A DNA stretch of 64,000 nucleotides from Armatimonadia bacterium (lineage in GTDB: Bacteria; Armatimonadota; Zipacnadia; Zipacnadales; UBA11051). The DNA lies in NCBI GenBank assembly GCA_039683575.1, contig JBDKRC010000235.1, forward strand, positions 4,100 to 68,099. The letters run 5' to 3'. A program made the translations under genes and the position numbers. This document shows, piece after piece, positions 58,585-64,000 of this stretch. Each line of letters starts with the position of its first letter. Within the stretch, counting starts at the first letter, position 1. Below the pieces are notes generated by a model. It saw only the letters and a program-made list of their open reading frames with translations, ran no database searches and was not told the origin of the DNA.

Positions 58585-58872
58585 AGCATCTCATGCGATG
58601 ACGGCTGTCTCATAGGCGCTGACAACGAACATGCTCTCGAGTAGAGAGGCCCATGCGCTTTCTCGGCCCACGCCTCCGTTGCTTCCTGGTGCCGAAGCCT
58701 CACCTCACAGGGCTGTGGCCACCCCGGCGGAGAGGGGGGAGTGCTGGTCGTGCCTGTCCACGCATCCCTCGATCCGTTCGATGGCCGCCTTCGTGGCGGG
58801 GAGACCCGCGCCTGACGTCCTATTGCGTGATGTCGTACGGGCGAAGCCATGCTTCATAATGGAGGATTTGCG

Positions 58873-60441
58873 ATGAAACCTGCCCTGCTCCACTATCTCC
58901 GCGTCGCCATGATCCTACTCTGCGCCGGCTGTCGGACGGGGCCGCTTGGCGCACAGTCCTCGCCCAGACTGGTTGAGGTGTATCTTTCGGACATCGGGGC
59001 CGCATCGCTGCCGGCCGAACCATCACGGTATCACGAGAATAGCAGTTTCTACGGGCGTCAGATGACTATCAACGGCAAAGAGTACGCCCGGGGAATCGGG
59101 ACTCATGCGCCGTCGAAGATCACGTATGACCTCGAAGGTCTGGGTTTCACCCGGTTCCGGGGGGTGGTGGGAGTTGACCAGGAGACGGCTGAGGAGCCCG
59201 GGGGCAGTTGTGAGTTCGTCCTGATCGGAGATGGTAACGAGATATTCAATAGTGGCGTGGTCAGGAAGGTCGACGTGGGCGTAACCGTGGACGTTGACGT
59301 GCGTGGTATCACGGAACTGCAGTTGGTCGTGACGGACGCGGACGATGGCGATACGTGTGATCACGCAGACTGGGCTGATGCGCGTCTTCTGAGGCCCGCC
59401 ACCGCCACTCCGCCTCTGCCGCCAAAGGGCCATCAGCCTCCGGTCAGCAACCCACCGAGTTCTCCCCGCCTGCTCACCGATACGCTGCGGGAACTCAAGG
59501 TCCTGGTCGTGTGCATCGATCCCCCCGTCAATTCTGCCGACGGGAAGCGGCTGCACGAGGTGGCCCGCTGGAATGATCCCCGGCAGCTTGCGGACCAGTA
59601 CATCGCCGCTCTTCGTGGGTGCAGCAAGGGCTATCTTCGCTACCGTATCGTTGACTGGGTAGACTGCGACTACTTCCTCCTACAGGCAGATGGTTTTCGC
59701 TACCCAACCGCCGAAGCCTACCTTACCGCCCTCCGCGGCCAAGCCATTCACCGGCCTGATGTTGCCGGTCTTCGTAGGTTCATCACAGACGGCGTCACCT
59801 ACCATTTCAACAATCCCCGAAGCATCGCGCAGCGCGTGGCGGACGGCGAGATAGATGAGGTCTTCGTGTTCAACCCATGGGGTGCCGGCGGGTTCGGCGA
59901 GGCCAACATGGCCGGTCCAGCCCCATTTGGCATCAATGGGTCCATCCGCATCGTGCCGGAAACCGGACGCAACATCGCCGTCATGGAGTTCAATTATGAG
60001 AGAGGCGTTGACTGCATGCTTGAGAATTTCTGCCACCGCACTGAACGCAGCCTAAGTCGCGCATATGGGCTTTTTGGTCGGCCGGCGCCGCAAGGAACGC
60101 TTGACAACTGGCAACGCTTCAGTGCCTACGACAAGATCATGCCAGGGAATGCAGCCGTAGGGAACTGTCACTTTGCCCCCAATAGCGCATCAGACTATGA
60201 CTGGGGGAACAAACGAATGGTGCCAAGTTCATGCGACGACTGGCTATTGAACTGGCCGGACTTGCGGGGTATCCGGCGGGAGGTGGACTGCTCCGAGTGG
60301 GGCGGCGGCGACATGCGCCTGCATCACATCTGGTGGCTGAACCATCTGCCGTGTGCACGCGGCACAAACCCTGACGGTTTGGAGAACAACTGGTGGAAAT
60401 ACGTGGTCGATCTCGATGGTTATGCCGCCCACCCACGGTGA
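58873..60441 (+). CDS. Lipoprotein with an N-terminal NPCBM/NEW2 carbohydrate-binding-like domain and an uncharacterised C-terminal domain (about 522 aa).
   Basis: GGAGG lies 8 nt before the ATG. Lipobox LLCAGC. NPCBM hallmarks: ...YARGIGTHAPSKITYDLEGLGFTRFRGVVGVDQE...CEFVLIGDGNEIFNSGVV...LQLVVTDADDGDTCDHADWADARLL. Confidence 0.7.
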   Translation: MKPALLHYLRVAMILLCAGCRTGPLGAQSSPRLVEVYLSDIGAASLPAEPSRYHENSSFYGRQMTINGKEYARGIGTHAPSKITYDLEGLGFTRFRGVVGVDQETAEEPGGSCEFVLIGDGNEIFNSGVVRKVDVGVTVDVDVRGITELQLVVTDADDGDTCDHADWADARLLRPATATPPLPPKGHQPPVSNPPSSPRLLTDTLRELKVLVVCIDPPVNSADGKRLHEVARWNDPRQLADQYIAALRGCSKGYLRYRIVDWVDCDYFLLQADGFRYPTAEAYLTALRGQAIHRPDVAGLRRFITDGVTYHFNNPRSIAQRVADGEIDEVFVFNPWGAGGFGEANMAGPAPFGINGSIRIVPETGRNIAVMEFNYERGVDCMLENFCHRTERSLSRAYGLFGRPAPQGTLDNWQRFSAYDKIMPGNAAVGNCHFAPNSASDYDWGNKRMVPSSCDDWLLNWPDLRGIRREVDCSEWGGGDMRLHHIWWLNHLPCARGTNPDGLENNWWKYVVDLDGYAAHPR

Positions 60442-60717
60442 TCTGGCATTGGAGGGGCCGCAGCGTCAGCGCCCGAGGTGGGATCACCGCTAGGTCACGA
60501 CCCGCTGCGTTACGCAAGGCGCACGGGGCTGCGCTTCGGTTGCGGAACCGGGCCGAGTGTAGGCTGCCAGGATCTTGTTGCTGCGGCCGAGGACCATATT
60601 GGCGGGTTCTTGGCCCACACACTATCTGCCGGGCGCCAATCGAAGGCGGATGCAGCGCCAACACAGTGGCGTCGGCTATTGTCGTTAGGTGACTAGACAG
60701 TACCCAACATCTACAAG

Positions 60718-60949
60718 TACTTTGACGTCCCAGACATTGCCGGGCTGATCGCGCCACGGCCGCTGCTGATCGAGGCCGGTGTCCAGGATAGCGGGTTCTT
60801 CATTGAGGAGCAGTTGGCGGCCTTTGACCACCTCCAGCGCATTTATGACGCGGCTGGGGTTGGCGAGGACCTGTGGCAGGACGTGCATCCGGGGGAGCAT
60901 GCGTTCGCCAACAATAAGGCGCATGAGTTCTTTGGGAAGTATCTGTAGA
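60718..60949 (+). repeat. Most diverged copy of the hydrolase 3' end (about 77 codons, ending KYL*), abutting the convergent SWIM gene. Candidate original attB-side remnant.
   Basis: YKYFDVPDIAGLIAPRPLLIEAGVQDSGFFIEEQLAAFDHLQRIYDAAGVGEDLWQDVHPGEHAFANNKAHEFFGKYL*. Confidence 0.75.
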
Positions 60950-60955
60950 TCGGCG

Positions 60956-61873
60956 TCAGCGGCGCGTCTTCGCTGAGGGGACGTCTTCGGCGGAGCCTTC
61001 GGGCAGGAAGACCTGCATCCCGGTCTCGGACGCGCGTGGGTAGATCGCCTCAAGGGCTGCCTGCAGCGGTGTCTCGCCCCGCCAGAAGGGAAAGTTGCCC
61101 AGCCGCCGGGGCAGGGCGGCGGGCACCGTCGGGACGCGGACCTCTCCGAACAGGTCGTCCGGCAGCGCCTCGCCGTGCCAGAAGTCTGGAGGGCTCGTCG
61201 GCAGCGGCTCTTCAGGCAGGACCGGCGCCGGTTCGGGTTCCTCACAAACACCGAGACCGGCCGGGCCGATCAGTTCGACGAGCCCGTCGCGCTCCATCCC
61301 GCGCAGTCTGAAAATCAGGAAGGGATCACGGTCGAACTCCTCGCCCAACAGATAGTAGACGGCGGCGATGTGTTTGCAGGGGTTGGACCAGTCTGGACAC
61401 GAGCACTGGGTCTGCAGATCGCTGACCGGGTTGGGAAACAGAGACAGCCCGGCCTCGGCGAAGACGGTCTCAATGTCCTGGGGCATCTCTCCGGCCAGCA
61501 GCCGCGCGGCGAAGATGGCCTGGCTGGCCAGGCGTTCGCCCACTTGTGCCCACTCCTCATGCGACAGCGCCTTGACGGTCACCACCACCTTGTAGGGCTT
61601 CCTACGCGAGCCCTGCACTTCGGCGGTCACGAGTCCGCGGTCAATGTCAACGCTGAGCACCTGGCCTCCGCGCGCATAGCGCTTGCCGCGACCCAAGCGT
61701 GCGCCCAGGTCAAAGCTCTCCAGGACCGCGATCCACCGCTTGGCCCACCAGTTCCTGGCGAAGGAGCCTCGCTGGGCATGAGCCTTGATCCCGCCGTCAG
61801 CAGCCAGCGGCTTGGACTCTGGAAACTTCGGGTAATGGTCATCCCAGTGCGAACGCATGGCAATTCTCCTCAA
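60956..61873 (-). CDS. SWIM zinc-finger protein (SNF2-helicase partner).
   Basis: SWIM CxCxnCxH motif CSCPDWSNPCKHIAAVYYLL. Confidence 0.75.
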   Translation of the reverse strand: MRRIAMRSHWDDHYPKFPESKPLAADGGIKAHAQRGSFARNWWAKRWIAVLESFDLGARLGRGKRYARGGQVLSVDIDRGLVTAEVQGSRRKPYKVVVTVKALSHEEWAQVGERLASQAIFAARLLAGEMPQDIETVFAEAGLSLFPNPVSDLQTQCSCPDWSNPCKHIAAVYYLLGEEFDRDPFLIFRLRGMERDGLVELIGPAGLGVCEEPEPAPVLPEEPLPTSPPDFWHGEALPDDLFGEVRVPTVPAALPRRLGNFPFWRGETPLQAALEAIYPRASETGMQVFLPEGSAEDVPSAKTRR

Positions 61874-62457
61874 GACGAAGCCGGCTGACCGCCCGCCTGT
61901 CGCTCGAACAATATGATGGACCGGTCAGCCGCCAGCGCCTCGGGTCTGAGCGTGAACTCTGCGTGCTGCCGCAGATGCGGTGGGTCGCCACACCTGAGCA
62001 CCCAGCATTCGGGCTTGCCCGGCCTCGGACAGTCATTGAACAGGCACAGGCGACCCCGATAACGGTCCGTACCCGGCTCCATGAGGAAGACGTCAACCAT
62101 GTGCTGAGCGATGCTGTGGTTGCCGGCTTCCAGGTACCGGCTGACGGCCACGTTCCGTGCCCGTTGCAGCGCCTTCAGGCAGGTTAGGTCGCTGACCCAC
62201 ACGGCCAGGTCCAAGTCGTCACAGGGGCGAGTGACCTCCCCAAAGTGGCGGAGGCGGCGGGCGTATGGAGGCTGCATGACTGGCGGGGCCGCCACCGAGC
62301 CGAACAGCAAGATCCGCTCCACAGCGCCGATCTGCGCCATAGCTCTCGCGACCCAGTCGGCAACCTCCCGCAGGCGGCGGTTGCGCTCTCGGTTGTACCG
62401 GTCTTCCGCCGCGATCTGCGCGACCAGGTTGGAATCCGCTCCTCGCGCGCCCCGCAT
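61870..62457 (-). CDS. Minimal nucleotidyltransferase (Pol-beta superfamily) domain protein.
   Basis: G[S/G] motif ERILLFGSVAAP, then the acidic pair DLDLAV. Lies between the SNF2 and SWIM genes with 4-nt overlaps. Confidence 0.45.
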   Translation of the reverse strand: MRGARGADSNLVAQIAAEDRYNRERNRRLREVADWVARAMAQIGAVERILLFGSVAAPPVMQPPYARRLRHFGEVTRPCDDLDLAVWVSDLTCLKALQRARNVAVSRYLEAGNHSIAQHMVDVFLMEPGTDRYRGRLCLFNDCPRPGKPECWVLRCGDPPHLRQHAEFTLRPEALAADRSIILFERQAGGQPASS

Positions 62458-64000
62458 CTACTCCGCCACCGCCCCTTCGCCCAGCGCGAACAGCCCCTTG
62501 AGTTCGTCCGTCGACAGCTCGGTCAGCCAGGCCTCGCCCGTACCGACGACCTGCTCGGAGATGGCCTGTTTCTTCTCGATCATCTCGTCAATCCGTTCCT
62601 CCATCGTCCCGGCGCACAGGAACTTGTGCACCTGCACATCCCGCGTCTGACCGATGCGGAACGCGCGGTCCGTCGCCTGGTTCTCCACCGCCGGGTTCCA
62701 CCAGCGGTCGAAGTGGAAGACATGGTTGGCACGGGTGAGGTTGAGCCCGGTGCCTCCCGCCTTGAGTGACAACACAAACAATGGCGGTCCGGCCTCCCCC
62801 TCCTGGAAGCGCGCAACCATCTCGTCGCGCCGCTTCTTGGGCACACCGCCATGCAGGAAGATGACCTCCTGCCCGAAGGTCTCCTGCAGGTGCCGCACCA
62901 GCAGGTGCCCCATCTCGGTGAACTGGGTGAAGATCAGCGCGGCCTCGCGCATGGCCAGGATCTCCTCAACCATCTCCGTCAGACGCGTCAGTTTCCCCGA
63001 GCGGCCGGGGATCGGCGAGTTGTCGCCGAGGAAATGTGCGGGGTGGTTGCACACCTGTTTGAGCCTCGCCAGCGCCGCCAGAACCAGCCCCCGGCGCTCC
63101 ATGCCGCCCTTCCCCTCCAGTGCCGCGGCCACTTCCCCGGTGACCGCCTGGTACAGCGAGGCCTGCTCCTTGGTCAAAGTGCAGAAGACCTTCATCTCCA
63201 TCTTCTCAGGCAGGTCGGCAATGATCGAGCGGTCGGTCTTCAAGCGGCGAAGGATGAATGGTGATGTCACCCGCTTGAGCCGCGCGGCGGCGTCCGGTCC
63301 ATAGCCGGCTTGAATGGGCAGCAGGTACTGCTCTCGGTATGATTTCTGGCTGCCGAGCAGTCCGGGGTTGAGGAACTCCATCAGCGACCACAGGTCGCCG
63401 ACGTTATTCTCCACCGGCGTCCCGGTCAGTGCGATGCGGTAATCGGCTGGCAGGGCACGGGCCGCGCGGGACTGCTTGGTTCCTGCGTTCTTGATATTCT
63501 GGGCCACGTCGAGGATCACGCCCGCCCACTTCACCTGCTGCAGGTGCGCCAGGTCGCAATGCAACAGCGCATAGCTGGAGACGACCAGGGCGTGCTCCCC
63601 CGCGGCGGTGACGAACGCCTCGCCCTTCTGTCGCTTGACGCCATGGTGCACCATCACCGGAAGGTCAGGCGTGAACCGCGCGGCCTCCCTTTGCCAGTTG
63701 CCCACCACGGACGTGGGGCAAACCAGCAGCACGGGCTGCTTCCCATTCGACGCCCATTCCCGCTGGATCAGCGCCAGCGCCTGCAGCGTCTTGCCCAGGC
63801 CCATGTCATCGGCCAGGCAGGCGCCGAATCCCCATTGTTTGAGGAAGCTGAGCCACGAGTACCCGCGCAGTTGGTAGGGGCGCAGGTCGGCGCGTAGGTC
63901 GCCCGGCGGCGACAGAACCTCGAAACTCGCCGAGCCCTGAAGCCGCCCGAGCAGCTCGCCCAGCCACCCGCTGGCCGCGACGTCACTAACCGGCAAGCCG
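62458..64000 (-). CDS. SNF2/RAD54-family helicase, partial (N-terminus beyond the window end).
   Basis: DEXDc segment LRPYQLRGYSWLSFLKQWGFGACLADDMGLGKTLQALALI, Walker B-like LDVAQNIKN, and HELICc FVLSLKAGGTGLNLTRANHVFHFDRWWNPAVENQATDRAFRIGQTRDVQVHKF. The apparent TTG start at 63996 is just an edge effect. Confidence 0.85.
   Translation of the reverse strand, partial: GLPVSDVAASGWLGELLGRLQGSASFEVLSPPGDLRADLRPYQLRGYSWLSFLKQWGFGACLADDMGLGKTLQALALIQREWASNGKQPVLLVCPTSVVGNWQREAARFTPDLPVMVHHGVKRQKGEAFVTAAGEHALVVSSYALLHCDLAHLQQVKWAGVILDVAQNIKNAGTKQSRAARALPADYRIALTGTPVENNVGDLWSLMEFLNPGLLGSQKSYREQYLLPIQAGYGPDAAARLKRVTSPFILRRLKTDRSIIADLPEKMEMKVFCTLTKEQASLYQAVTGEVAAALEGKGGMERRGLVLAALARLKQVCNHPAHFLGDNSPIPGRSGKLTRLTEMVEEILAMREAALIFTQFTEMGHLLVRHLQETFGQEVIFLHGGVPKKRRDEMVARFQEGEAGPPLFVLSLKAGGTGLNLTRANHVFHFDRWWNPAVENQATDRAFRIGQTRDVQVHKFLCAGTMEERIDEMIEKKQAISEQVVGTGEAWLTELSTDELKGLFALGEGAVAE

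Noticed and set aside
1-64000. CRISPR array, or insertion-sequence transposase with terminal inverted repeats
   Set aside because: No regularly spaced direct repeats of 25-40 bp and no DDE/IS transposase-like ORF found by eye. The IstB-like gene has a Rep-like partner rather than an IstA transposase.

Overview
This is a high-GC (about 67%) accessory region. No rRNA, tRNA or CRISPR array is recognisable by eye. Most long ORFs in the track that overlap these genes on the opposite strand are antisense shadows.

(1) Positions 1-16.7 kb hold one minus-strand operon of seven tightly packed, partly start/stop-overlapping genes. It couples a phosphorothioation-type DNA-modification set (SspB-like DUF4007-type protein, SspC/BrxC-like P-loop ATPase, short PAPS-reductase-like ATP pyrophosphatase, class-V cysteine desulfurase) to a 1553-aa PglW-like protein (NERD nuclease-like domain, pseudokinase, Ser/Thr kinase, P-loop NTPase). 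Two large uncharacterised proteins follow, one of 561 aa and one of at least 1258 aa that runs off the window start. I read this as a candidate BREX/Ssp-hybrid defence system with an unusual effector module; it is the most interesting part of the window.

(2) Positions 17.6-42 kb carry an integrated mobile element. It has a tyrosine recombinase, an ArdC-like antirestriction protein, a ClpX-like AAA+ ATPase next to a stand-alone FtsH-type M41 peptidase, an 848-aa MORN-repeat protein, a DnaC/IstB-like loader plus a replication initiator with coding tandem repeats, a degenerate ParA, a Dcm C5-methyltransferase with Vsr, and an orphan beta-class amino-methyltransferase. At least eight genes in it are preceded by the same roughly 35-bp promoter/operator motif, which contains an internal inverted repeat.

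(3) Positions 42-61 kb are a lower-GC (about 58-60%) segment that begins with a large serine recombinase. It holds an alpha/beta hydrolase whose 3' end (about 230 bp) recurs four times. Between those copies lie blocks of secreted-protein genes: a beta-helix protein, an FGE-sulfatase-type protein, four intact LRR or DUF1080-type paralogs plus a fifth that is truncated (all five share the same N-terminal signal-peptide/TPR-like module), and an NPCBM lipoprotein. This pattern looks like tandem integrations at a protein-coding attB.

(4) Positions 61-64 kb are high-GC again and hold an SNF2 helicase, a nucleotidyltransferase and a SWIM zinc-finger protein.
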